This document shows, piece by piece, positions 52,701 through 64,000 of a stretch of 64,000 nucleotides of DNA; positions within the stretch are counted from its first letter, which is position 1; every line of letters begins with the position of its first letter. A program made the translations under genes and the position numbers. Origin of the DNA: Felis catus. Taxonomy: Eukaryota. The notes under the pieces are model-generated. The model saw only the letters and a list, made by a program, of their open reading frames with translations, was not told the origin of the DNA and did no database searches. Location of the stretch: positions 66,590,001 to 66,654,000 of the forward strand of contig NC_058368.1 in NCBI RefSeq assembly GCF_018350175.1. Direction: 5' to 3'.

Positions 52701-55700
52701 TCTTTTTTCTCTCTCCATTGTGTGTCTTTATTCATCTATTTTGGCCATTCAGTTTTACCTTAGAAGAAGCTGTTTATCCCACAATGTATCTTTTTTCCTG
52801 CGTTGTACTCCTAGTGCTATAGCTCATAGTCAACAGGATTGTCGGAGGGATTATAACGTTTCATTTCAAAGCACTACAAATCTGCTGTCTTGCCTTCGGT
52901 CCCTGCTCCTGTTTCCTCTGATACTCGTCATTTGATTTCACGTTCATTGCAGACTTTAGTTTCACCCCCAGACGTGACGGCACCCTGATGTCTAAGCACT
53001 GATACCCACTGTCTTTGCATTGCGTGTTGTTTCTGCAAGGTTCCAGAAACTTAACCTTGAGATGGAAGAACCATCCTCTCCCACCCTCGGTCAGATTTGG
53101 ACGGGTGTGGATGGTGAACATGTGGTCAGAATCGGTCCTCCCCGTGCCTGATGGCCAGGGAAGGGTGTCTTGTAGCAGATGCGGATGCGGATGCTCGTAG
53201 CGGGCCATCTTCTGATAGAAAATGAACCCCATACACTGCAGCCGCATTTGCTTCTATGTTTCCTTTGTGTGCGGGTGATCACTGAAATATGCGTACATTT
53301 GAGAGTTGTGATTGTGTAATTGAGTGTGCCTGGGTGTGTAAGTGTGTACGAACCAGACCGCGTGATAAGAGCACACAGGAAGGTGTGTGGAGTTGTTTAA
53401 GGCAGTGTACTCGAAGTCTTCGATGACAGGCATATAGAAAACATGACTATCTTTCAGCTTCGATTCTACCTTAAATTCCAGGAGCAAAAGTTGAAAGGAA
53501 AACCAGTATTTTCTCCTTACTGAGATCCATAGCATTTTTATTTCTAGGATTATTTTGACTGCACCTTTGACAAGTAAGAATAAGATTTTCCACCCGGTCT
53601 CCCTTTTGTGACAGACTAGTTAGATGACTAAGCAACCCCATTTAGGAGGAAGGACTGAGTCATTTTTGCTACCTTAAGTTGTCAGTTGGTCAATCTAGGC
53701 AGTTCCTGAAGAAACAATTTCTAACATGAAGATTAGGATCCGTTGCTGTCTTTCTATTTTTGCAAAGCAAGTTCACATATTTCTAATATTGTTATCATGC
53801 GCATTTGAATACTAGTACTCCAGATATTAAACACGAATTCCATTCCAAGAATACACTTGAAAGTTACCAGTTAACCTGCAGGTTGAGCGTAATTGAAAGG
53901 ACCCGTAATCAAATTTCAAGTCCTATCACAGAAATACCGGACAGACTTTAAAAAGATGCTTAAATAAAATGCTCTTGTCTAAAGACATGTGCATGTTTTT
54001 ACCATAAAATTACATCTTCCACATCTTCCAGATCCGGCACTTGGTAAGTAAAAAGAAAATCTATTTGGACATAAGGATGTAAAGTAGCTGGAGGTGGTAA
54101 TTTAATCAACCAAGGATATATTTCAATGTTTTTCTGGTCTTCTGGCATTAGCACTTTAAATTCATTATGTCGGTTTGACAGATATATGCAGCCTTAAGGA
54201 TCTAAAAATGAAATCCTAGAAGTATAGCCTGCTAGAGGATATATATTGAACTTAAGAGATTAAAATGGTATAACCATTGCAATAGAATGGAACATATCGC
54301 GTTTCTCATTTTTTTCCCCACTAAGCATGAGTATTTTGCAGATGTAAAATGCAGTCTTGTCTAATTATAAAACCTGGCTCAAGAGTCAGAGAGCTTTCTA
54401 ACTTTTATACCGATGAAGTGGATATTAGAAAGAAAATGTTGGCTTCACATACAGTCTGAAGGCGAAGAAGTCTTCCATTTGGGATTTTATGTATCAATAA
54501 TTTATTAAGGAAGAGGACACAAGTGGTCACATGAAGCCCACTGTTCAGAGGCAAGCATCATGCATGCTGTTCCTATTTAAGGCAAATAACAAAAGAGCCA
54601 AATTATAAAGCAGGTCTTAACATAACTGCGACGTTCAATCTAGTATATTATTATGCCAATTTAGTAGCATTAATGATCTGTAATATTAATTCATCCTCCT
54701 GGAAAATGGGGAAGAGTTGCCATAATTAACTGTATTAAGCCACAATTAAAAAGTCATCCAAGCTGTTGTAAAGATTCCAGCGATGATAAGGGCGTTCGTT
54801 ATATTACAAACCTTTCTGACCATGTAAATTTCGTATGTGAGTCTTTGTTACAAACAGCCCCTCACTCCGAATTCAGATATGTCAAAAGAGCAGCCACCCA
54901 CGGAGGCAGTGACTGACTAGACGCCTTATCGGCCCCTTCCATCGCCAACTGCAGTTCAACACTTTCTTGCAGGGAGAATCAGCTTTGAAAGAGGTACAAC
55001 CTTTTAGCATATCTACTTTAATTCCTCACAGGGAAGCAAAAACAGGCTGTCTAGTGAAATTCACATATGTCGACAGACTATCTCTCCCCTGAGATTAGGG
55101 TCATCTTTGAAAGTCACATTTCACACCGCACAAAATGAACATTTTGATGTTTTAAAATGGAGATCCTATAACGTCCAAGCCTAAATCCAAGTTGCCTATC
55201 ACCAGATGTCTTTAAGCTCTTAATTCTCCTCCCCACCTATTTGAAGTCTCTATTGTGACGGGAGTTTTTAAGGCACAGACAATATCAGGTGACGAGATAA
55301 ATGGGACCATGAAAGGAGGTGGGATGCAGCCAGGAGGGCAACCGATTCAACCGGCCAGTCCGAAGGCTTCGCTTTATCTTGGACGGGAAAGATCTGCTGG
55401 TGATAAAGGCCTATTTCCTCTTTCACCCTGACTTCTCTTTACACCCACATCATTATCATTGCCTTTAAGGATCAGGAGTTTTTCCTCCCTCAGCAACATC
55501 GAGTATGCTGCTATCTCCACGCATAAATCACCCTCTAAGTGCGTTTGTAATCGGGGACTGTCCTTGCTGACGGTGCTGAGCCGAGTGAGTGAGAAAGCGT
55601 AGGTGGTAACTTGCACACACGTGCAGCGGAAAGTAATTCAAGACAACTGAAAAAGAAAGCACATCACCAGCTTGTCCGGAATAAGGGGCTAGGGATTTAT

Positions 55701-57317
55701 ATTTGCAGAGATTCGTAAAGGACTCCTCTGAGTGGCTCTGTTTTAGGCCTGTTCAGCCTGAAGCTCCACTGCAAATCCAAAATCACATCTGCCACAATAT
55801 TGCTCGGCATTCGATCAAGATTTTCAATGAAAAGAAACTGCAGTGATTCCCCCAGCAGATTTTTCCCCCCACACCCTGTGACTTCCTATCAACATTATCG
55901 GATGTGCCTCTGAAAAGATGCACATACACTCAACACTCCGATTTCTGCAGTGTGCCATGTGCCGGAAAAGTCTTGACAGCAGCACCAATGAATGCTCTTA
56001 CTGACAAGGGGCAAATCATTGGCCAATCTCAGCCTTACTGATTTGAGGAGTGACTCCATTCCGGCAGTCTCACTCACCAAGACCCAACAACCTGTTCTCA
56101 AGAAAAAAACCGCTCCCCCATTCTTGTACTGAAGCATCCAGTTTAAACATCGAGCCTAAGAAGACTCCTATCCCGCCATGGAAAGCTGGAAGCTTGATGA
56201 CTGTTGGCCAAAAAGAAGGCCCCTTCAAATGTGTTACTATACATAGGAAAATAGCAGTTACTGCTTCTGATGTGAGAGTTTCCAAAAAAAGCCTTTCTGC
56301 CAAGAGATATTGCCAGAAAAAAAGAAAAAAAAAAGCGGGTCTCTTACCTAACCCCTGTGGGAAAGTGGAGGCATTTACCAAACCAAATCTAACTTCACTC
56401 CCACCCTTTGGAGCTGTAGCCCTCCAGAAGCCTGATTTACCCTCCCTCTGTAAAGGATGTGTGGGGCAGATACAGGTGAAAAGACACAGTTTTCTGGATA
56501 TGTTTACAAAAATCCTAGCACTAGCCTGGCTGAGATGTTGGGAAGAAGACGTTGTGCCAACACCCTTCGCAGGTGTATATGGGTCCAGTTCTGTTCTGTG
56601 TATTTGCAGGACGCAGTCAAGGATTCAAAAGGAAACCAGGTTTGGGATACTTTTCTGAGGCTCTCAAGAGGCTTTCCATTCTATATGAACTGGGATCCTC
56701 GTGAAAACCCATTAGAGCAGTAGTTCGGCTTACGGCCGAACATGAGAGCGTTCATGGTCACAAAGACCCTCACGCACCAAGAACTACTTTGTATGATTCT
56801 TGTTCTAAGAAGACAAAACTCAGGGTCTCAGCCCTGCCATCAGGCACTTCTAAATCACCCGAGGGAAGGTGACCAGTGTCCGCAGACCTGACCCCTCTCT
56901 GTGTCAGCTCTTTCTCCATCCTTACGGGGAAACTTACCAATGTGTTCACATTCCTTTAGGTTCAGGTAGGACTTGGGTTAACCTTCCACATAGACCAACA
57001 CGTCCCGCAAAGGCAAAGGCCTTCGCTCTCATGTCCTTTGTAGCATTGTGGCTACACCGTGGCTCCCTCGTGCTTGTGAGTACAGAGGAAGTTATTAAAA
57101 GAAAAGAAAGTACCTAGACGTGGGGCCTGGCAAGAGCAGCTCTAAGTTCTTCATTTCCTGTGAGTGGGCCTTGATATTTCCAAGACCCCACAGTCCACTG
57201 CTTATGAAAGCAAAAGTAGCATTTGTTGGCAGGGCTCAGTTAAATCAGTGGGATGTACAGACAGCACCGATTTGGGCCTGAGGATCTTACTCTGGGGCAT
57301 TAGAAAGAGCTACTTCT

Positions 57318-57459
57318 GGGGCGCCTGGGTGGCTCAGTCGGTTAAGCATCTCACGGTTAGTGAGTTCGAGCCCCACATCAGGCTCTGTGTTGACAGCTCA
57401 GAGCCTGGAGCCTTGTGTCTCCCTCTGTCTCTGCCCCTTCCCTGCTCTTTCTTGCATTT

Positions 57460-57499
<40 letters not shown>

Positions 57500-57531
57500 A
57501 AAAATAAACATTAAAAAAATTTAAGAAAGAG
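57318..57531 (+). mobile_element. Can-SINE (SINEC_Fc-like) with two internal deletions
   Basis: Perfect 16-nt TSD AGAAAGAGCTACTTCT at 57302 and 57532. Confidence 0.93.
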
Positions 57532-58035
57532 AGAAAGAGCTACTTCTTTCCCCACCTGAGGGATGCATGAACACACCTCACCACATCTTCAAGTGTCCCA
57601 TGGTGACTAAGGCGTAGGTCTATGAAGGGATTATGAATCGCTCGTCCAACCCCCTCATGAGGCTACTGAGACGAAGAAAGTTAATTATCTGCCCCGAACC
57701 ACCAGCGATCTGGGGGAGGCCATGCCTGGAAGGCAGACTCTGTCTCTTACTTAGCCCTGTGCCCCTTTTCACTGTGTAACTAGGCGATCTGTCTTTATGA
57801 GGGATCATGACGTGTCAAAATCAGATTTCACTAGTAACGTTGTAAGTCAATCTTTTGGGAGCTTCTTATCTTTATTTTTGGTCGGTGGGTCAGGAAAATG
57901 AGTTGTTACCGCTCCCCCCATGACTGTCTGCTCTCATAGTATCTTGTGTTACCCGTGTGACGTGCTTTCCCGTGTCCAGGTTGAATGGTTTCAGACTCAC
58001 ACACCAACTCTTCATTAAATAAAATTGAGGTTACA

Positions 58036-58160
58036 GGGCACCTAGGTGGCTCAGTGGGTTAAGTGTCTGACTCTTGGTTTCAGCTCAGGTCATGATCTCA
58101 TGGTTGGTGAGTTGGAGCCCCTCATCAGTCTCTGTGCTGTCACTGTGGAGCCTGCTTAGG

Positions 58161-58202
<42 letters not shown>

Positions 58203-58290
58203 CCTCCCCTGCTTGTACTCTGTCTTTCTCTCAAAATAAATAAATAAACCTTACAATAAACAAACAAACAAACAAACAAATAAATAAATA
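58036..58290 (+). mobile_element. Can-SINE with (CT)n and an (AAAC)n/(AAAT)n tail
   Basis: TSD aaaattgaggtta / aaaatcaaggtta. Confidence 0.9.
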
Positions 58291-58373
58291 AAATCAAGGT
58301 TAGGAAAACCAGCTTAGCAAAGGGCTTCCGTTTTTAAATGCAGAGGAATTTGCACTATTGGTTCAGTCTCCCC

Positions 58374-58821
58374 TGTTTTGAGTTGAATTGGGTTACCCAA
58401 AAGATGCTGAAGTCCTAACTCCCAGTGCCTGTGAATGTGACCTGATTTGGAAATAGGATCTTTTCAGATGATCAAGTTAAGATGAGGTCGGTAGGGAGGG
58501 CTTTATTCTAATCTGATTGCTTCCTTCTAGAGGGGAGAAATTTGGACAGAGATAGACACAGTCAGAGGGAAGAAGATGTGAAGACACAGGGAGAGCACCG
58601 TGTGTAGACAGGAGATTTGGGTGACGTTTCTCCAAGCTGAGAGTGCCAAAAGTTGCCAGAAAACCACCAGAGGCCTGGGAGAGACAGAGACAGATCCTTT
58701 ATCGCAGCCTTAGAAGAAACTAACCCTGTGGACACCTTGAGCTGGACTGCCAGCCTCCAGGCCTGACACAAAGCTACCAGTCTGCGGTACTTTGTTACAG
58801 AAGTCTTAGGGAACTAACATA
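58374..58821 (+). mobile_element. MaLR solo LTR (MLT1B/C-like)
   Basis: gttgaattg...gaagtcctaactcccagt.cctgtgaatgtgacctgatttggaaatagg...gacaccttga...ggtactttgttacag...gaactaa. Confidence 0.85.
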
Positions 58822-59309
58822 CCTCCCAAAAGGAATACGGAATGCAGATTCCCTTTTGTGCATTACTTTATGCGTGTTCATCTTTTTTCTTTTGCTAAAG
58901 GCAATTTAGAGATACTAGGCCTTACGTGTATTTGGAGAAAGGCACGCTTGGTGATCTTAAAAATAAATGAGATTTGCAACCTTTAGTTTGTAACTATCCA
59001 CACTGTGTTCTTCAGGGACTCTTTGAATTTCCAGGATTGCTTCATCTTTATTTCTAAATATGATTTAATAAGTACCCCTGGAATTTGTTACAGTGCTTGG
59101 TCGTTAAGATGATAGACCCTCAGTGAATGAGTTCTATCGTAAATTGCATAAGGCTGTATTTGACCTTTTGTTTGAAAGTGCTAGAAAATACTTGGTGGGG
59201 TGCACAGTGGGACCTTTATCAGTATGTGTACAGAAGGGGCACGCGTGCATGTATATGAGAAGCCAACTTGCCAATATATGTGACTCTATAGTTAACTTTA
59301 TTCTATTTT

Positions 59310-59343
59310 AGTTCTTTTTGTTTTTAAATGTTTAGTTACTTAT

Positions 59344-59396
<53 letters not shown>

Positions 59397-59488
59397 CAAG
59401 CATGAGCCGGGTAGTGGCAGAGAGGGAGAGAGAGAGGGAGAGAGAGAGGGAGAGAGAGAATCCCAAGAAGAGCCACCCAGGCGCCCCC
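59310..59488 (-). mobile_element. Can-SINE with expanded (GA)n and a large internal deletion
   Basis: gagagagaatcccaag joined almost directly to gagccacccaggcgcccc; TSD attctattt at 59300 and 59489. Confidence 0.85.
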
Positions 59489-60377
59489 ATTCTATTTGCA
59501 GACTAGAGATAGTTTGATTTTCTTCTGTTATTTCCTAGATTACTTCAGGGATGGGGCAAAAGACTTTGCCATCTTCCTTAATTACATGTAAACAAAAAGC
59601 TACCACCTAAGTGTTACTGAATTTGGAACATAAGGTAAACTTTTTTGACATCGGTACACACTCCTGGGGGGGTGGGGGAAACCCCGCAGGGGAGGCTGTA
59701 CGGTAATATGCTTTCTCACACCAAACAGAAAATTATCAAACAGCAGCTAGTATCTTTCCTTGACTCAAAGATGTGAAAAGACTAAATTCTCTGTGCTACC
59801 TGAGAGGCTTGTGTGAGGAGACTACCTCAGGGGGCTGAAATGGGCAGCTTTCAAGAGGCGAGAGTTGAGTCCCATCCCTCTGCAGGGCACCTCGGACTGC
59901 CAGGACAATGCCTCCGCAGACAGCAAGCATCTTCCAGGACCCCTACGCGCACCACAACAGACTGCGCCAATGCGGGATGAAACAGCCAAGTGGAAAGCAG
60001 AGACTGAACGCGTGCATGCTTTATCCACCAAAGTCCTATGTTAGCTAGTCTTTCAAGAAAATAAGCACATCTTTCTGGAGCGTACAGTTCCTGTATTTGC
60101 TGAGAATGTTTCTCAGGTTTCTATAGTGATTGGAAAATCATCATATTGAATTGCAACGAGTTCCCAACCGGAGTGCTGCAAAAGTTTGCTTTAAGCAAAC
60201 TCAAGGCATGAAAGACTAACACCTGCAAGTCAACGTCGTGCAGACACGCTGGGCTCCCGGTTGTCCAGCCGCAGCGCAGCCGCTTCCCCTTCCATCGCGA
60301 GCCACCGCCCCTCGTCCAAAGGGGCTGGGCGGGGCCCACCTCAGAGCTTTCCCACTTGCTTTGGGCTTGTGCCTACC

Positions 60378-60895
60378 TGGGGTCATTAGACGAAACGCAG
60401 GCTGGCTAGTTACACTCAAATTTCAGAGAAACAATGCAACTCATAGATACAGAGAACAGATGGGTGGTTGCCAGAGGCAGGGGTAGCGGATGGACAAAAT
60501 AGGTGCAGGTAGTCAAAAAGTACAAACTTCCGGTTATAAAATACATGATGCCCTGGGGACAGAAGGTACAGCATGGTGGCCGTAGTGAATAATACCGTTT
60601 TTGCATGTTTGAAAGCTGCTAAGAAAAACAGATCTTAACAGTTCTCATCACAAGGGGAAAAAATGGTAACTATGTCCAATGATGGATGTTAACTAGATTT
60701 TTTGTGATCTTTTCACAATTCTACAGATATCGGATCATTATGTTGTACACCTGAAACTCATACATAATGTTTTATGCCAGTTATAGCTCAATGAAACATT
60801 CTAATTTCAGAGGGGCAACAAGTAGTTTCTTAGTGGAAGTATGTCCCAAATCTTGCAAACTTACTAAAACATTATTTGTTGTTTATCTGGAAATC
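60378..60895. mobile_element. MER53-like palindromic MITE split by an L1 insertion
   Basis: Left piece ..cagg..ctagtta..aaatttcaga (60378-60428); right piece caacaagtagtttcttagt..aagtatgtcccaaat...actaaaacattatttgttgtttatctggaaat. Confidence 0.6.
60429..60796 (+). mobile_element. L1MA9-like 3' UTR
   Basis: aactcatagatacagagaacaga..ggtggttgccagagg...gtacaaacttccggttataaaat...tgttgtacacctgaaact; TSD acactcaaatttcagag / acattctaatttcagag. Confidence 0.85.
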
Positions 60896-60944
60896 CTACC
60901 CCACCTTCCTCATCACCTGGCTGCCTCAGGTTTATTGTTCCGGT

Positions 60945-61216
60945 GACTTAAATGTCACTTCCTCAAAGATGCCCCTTGAAGGCCCAATGTAAATTATTGT
61001 ATTATTCTTTCAGACCACCCCATTCTTCTCCCTTATTTCCTCCACATCACTTGTAACTATGTTTTCATTTTTGTGTTTATTTGATTCTAGTTCATCTTCC
61101 CCATGAGGCCAAGGGCCGTGTAGGTCTCTGTTGTTTGCTGTTATAATACCTGGTGCCTGGCACTTACTAGATATTCAATATTGGTTCATTGAATGAATGA
61201 ATGAATGAATGAATGA
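60945..61216 (+). mobile_element. L2 3' end with (TGAA)n tail
   Basis: ttaaatgtcacttcctca...gtgcctggcacttactagatattcaata...tgaatgaatgaatga. Confidence 0.75.
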
Positions 61217-62645
61217 GGAAGGGAAAATTTTGCTAAGAATCCCTTATCTTGCTTTATTTCTAGTTAATTTATTTGATAGACTAGCTAATGATTTGAATAG
61301 GTTTACAGAGAAAAATGAGATTCCTCGGGAAGTTTATGGAATTTTCACACAATATGTTGAGGGTAGTGTTAAAGCACCTCAGATCATATAGTATGTAATT
61401 ACATGTTATAAAGTAGATGTTGTGTTTACATTATAAAGTATATGTTCAAAGAATTATATATATGTTCAAATATATATAATCTTGTAGTGTGTAATTACAT
61501 GTTATAAAGTATATGTTCAAAGAATTATATATTGAGCTCATAAGTGTCTAATAAGCTTAACCTAATTCAAATAATTTTGCTAATAGATCTGCTGTTTGTT
61601 CTAAGAAAGAATTTTGAAGAATTGATTAGCTACAATTCAGCTGTTACAATGGTCACATTGAAACAATCAGCATTACTATCTGTTAATCGAAGAATAAGCT
61701 GCAAATAGTCCATTCATGCAGACACAGAAACCCATCTAGTCGATGTAAAAGATATCTTGTAACATACAGTAATTTGGGGAAAGCAAAAAATTTTTAAATT
61801 CCATGGAGAACGTTAGGTTCTCCCCAGCTGTAAAGAACTAAGCAACCAAAATGGCACTTTTAGAGAAAATAACTTCAAAATCATATATAAACAAAAACAC
61901 CAAAGATTTTTCTCATACTACTTGTAGCTCTGGCAAGGCAAATATTTTCGAATTGAGGATCCAAGATCAAGTTCTGACTGATGTGCATTTTGTGTTTTTC
62001 CCCTACTTAATAATCCGTTACTAAATGTTGGATTGTAGTTGTCGCTCCAAGAACAATTTCACAATGGACAGGTTAGGGTTGGGTCAACTCGGATGAAATG
62101 AAGAGAACGGTTGGGCTAACAGTTTAGATGGGATATTGGCATGAGTTTAATTTACTGGAGGATGGTTCAATTTCACTGCTTTTTAGCTTGGTAACCATGT
62201 GACTAGTTATAAATTGGATATCATTCAGCAGTTGCAATTGTACATATTTTTCCTTTTTTTTTTTTCTATAATGCCAAAAACCAACTGTCAGATAAATACA
62301 AATCTCTCATCTTAGTCTATTTTTACAGGATAATGGCCTCATCACTGATTCCACCCTATTTTATACTTCTTTGCTAAAATTACAAGCTTATCCGGTGAAA
62401 GATAGAAATGTATATATCTAAAAATCTTCAGACACCCTCACTTGAACTTTTTCTTAGCTGTCAGACTCTATACAATGTAATACTTTAAGGGACTCTAAGT
62501 AAGGAAAAATTATAAACACGTGTCACATAATAATTGTTGAAATTATTTTAATACTGTCTATCATTTCTCTATAAAAAATATAGAAAATAAAAGATAACAC
62601 TTGACATCAGGTACACCAATGAACACTATTAAGATTAGATTGTAA

Positions 62646-62788
62646 GGGTGCCTGGCTGGCTCAGTCAGTAGAGTGCACAACTCTTGATCTCAGGGTTGTG
62701 AGTTCTAGCCCCATGTTGCGTGTAGAGATTAAAAATAAAATCTTTTTTTTTTAATTTTTACTTTTTTAATAAAATCGTTTTAGAAAAA
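62646..62788 (+). mobile_element. Short Can-SINE
   Basis: gggtgcctggctggctcagtcagtagag...; perfect TSD aagattagatt at 62631 and 62789. Confidence 0.88.
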
Positions 62789-63707
62789 AAGATTAGATTC
62801 TATTTAGGCCACAGTCTGTGGTTTGTATATCTAAAATATGCAGAACCCTAAACCTGTACTTTTATTTTCTATTATAATGCTTTATATATGGCAGAAATGT
62901 ATTTCCTCCTCAGTGTTGACCCAAAATTCAAAACAGTAAAATGTGGTGGTGATGGGGTTTTTATTCCCTGAGGGTCTGGTTTGAAATTTCAAAGTGAACT
63001 TGAAAAAAATCGCATCCACTTGCTCAGCAAAAAGCTGTCTAGTTTGCTTGTGTATCACTTTGTTTCAATTCTGTGGAAACAGTTGTGGAGTTTCCAGGGT
63101 CTTTTACCTAACGGTAAAGTGGTCTGTGGGCAGAAAAAAATTAAACCGCAGAGGCAAAAAAAAAAAAAAAAAAAAAAAAAAAACCCTCCAAAGCTACATG
63201 ATATTTTTCACATTTTTTATCCAGTTCTGCCTGGTTATAAAATAACGTCAAAGCAAATTATCATAGTTTTTGAAGTGTGATGGAAGGCAATATGGCAGTC
63301 TGCCACTCCTGAACACACGGGCAGGTGACCTGGTGTCACGGGAACATTGACCAGGCCGGCCTGACGATTCTGGGTCTTGGTCTTTTTGGTGACTGTCAGC
63401 TGCATTGGGTGCAGGATTCCATGCATCTTTTCTCTCCAAGCCTCAGAAGATAAATGGAAGACTCGTTTCCGCCCTTGTGGCATCCTAAAGGACATGTCCT
63501 ATGAGGTTTGCTTTGTAATGTTTAATATCCTTTTACTTTTTCACTTGGTATGTCCAAGGATCAAATTAGGTAAAGTTATCGGTAGACCTTGTTCAAAGAA
63601 GTTGAGTACCATTGACATGAGTGTCTGTTTTCTCTTTTAATTCAATAATTGAGATGTCTGCCTATGTAACATGTAGGAAACTCAGAGGAGAAGTGTGTGC
63701 ACACTGT

Positions 63708-63741
63708 TTGTGTGTGTGTTTGCGTGTGTGTGTGAGAGAGA
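63708..63741. repeat. (TG)n(AG)n microsatellite
   Basis: Directly visible. Confidence 0.85.
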
Positions 63742-64000
63742 TGAAGTTTATATATACACCAGTCTACATTTAGCAGACAAATACTTTCACTTGGAGAACA
63801 TTCTTTAACCATGTGGAGACGAAGCACTATTTTTCTTTGTAAATTAGCAAATTTAATGTAACTTGGTGATATTGTTTTTGTCGACACTTCACAGCTCTTT
63901 GCAACATGAATATGTGCCAAAGGCTCTTTTTAAATATAATTTTTGGATGAGCAGCACATTCACCTGGTCTGAAAATAATATAACTCGGTATAGAGTGAAA

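Noticed and set aside
56050..56658. Longest ORF in the window (202 aa)
   Set aside because: Non-ATG start, runs through A-homopolymers, no recognisable domain or exon structure; consistent with chance

Overview
Mammalian genomic DNA from a carnivore, most likely a felid, judged by felid-type Can-SINEs (SINEC_Fc) and an L1_Fc-like 3' end. Positions 1-~22,500 hold the 3' part of GPR180 on the + strand. Seven GT-AG coding exons (exons 3-9 by human numbering: 4501-4701, 11123-11303, 11445-11494, 14192-14349, 16856-17047, 18920-18997, 20259-20417) splice into one open frame of 1,019 nt ending ...[10 protein letters not shown]. Exons 1-2 lie upstream of the window. The rest is intergenic. From ~23.7 to 49.8 kb it is dense in transposons (Can-SINE, L1, L2, MIR, ERVL/MaLR LTRs, hAT MITEs, several nested). 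From ~49.8 to 57.3 kb it is repeat-poor and rich in homeodomain, SOX and FOX motifs; by human synteny this part points toward SOX21. I found no second protein-coding gene and no clearly new biological system. The best leads are a candidate alternative first exon or poison micro-exon in GPR180 intron 3, a full two-part CTCF site in intron 5, candidate enhancers, a tiny young L1 insertion, inverted templated insertions inside two SINEs, and an L1-interrupted MER53 hairpin resembling miR-1302. Repeat family names come from remembered consensus sequences and need Dfam/RepeatMasker confirmation.
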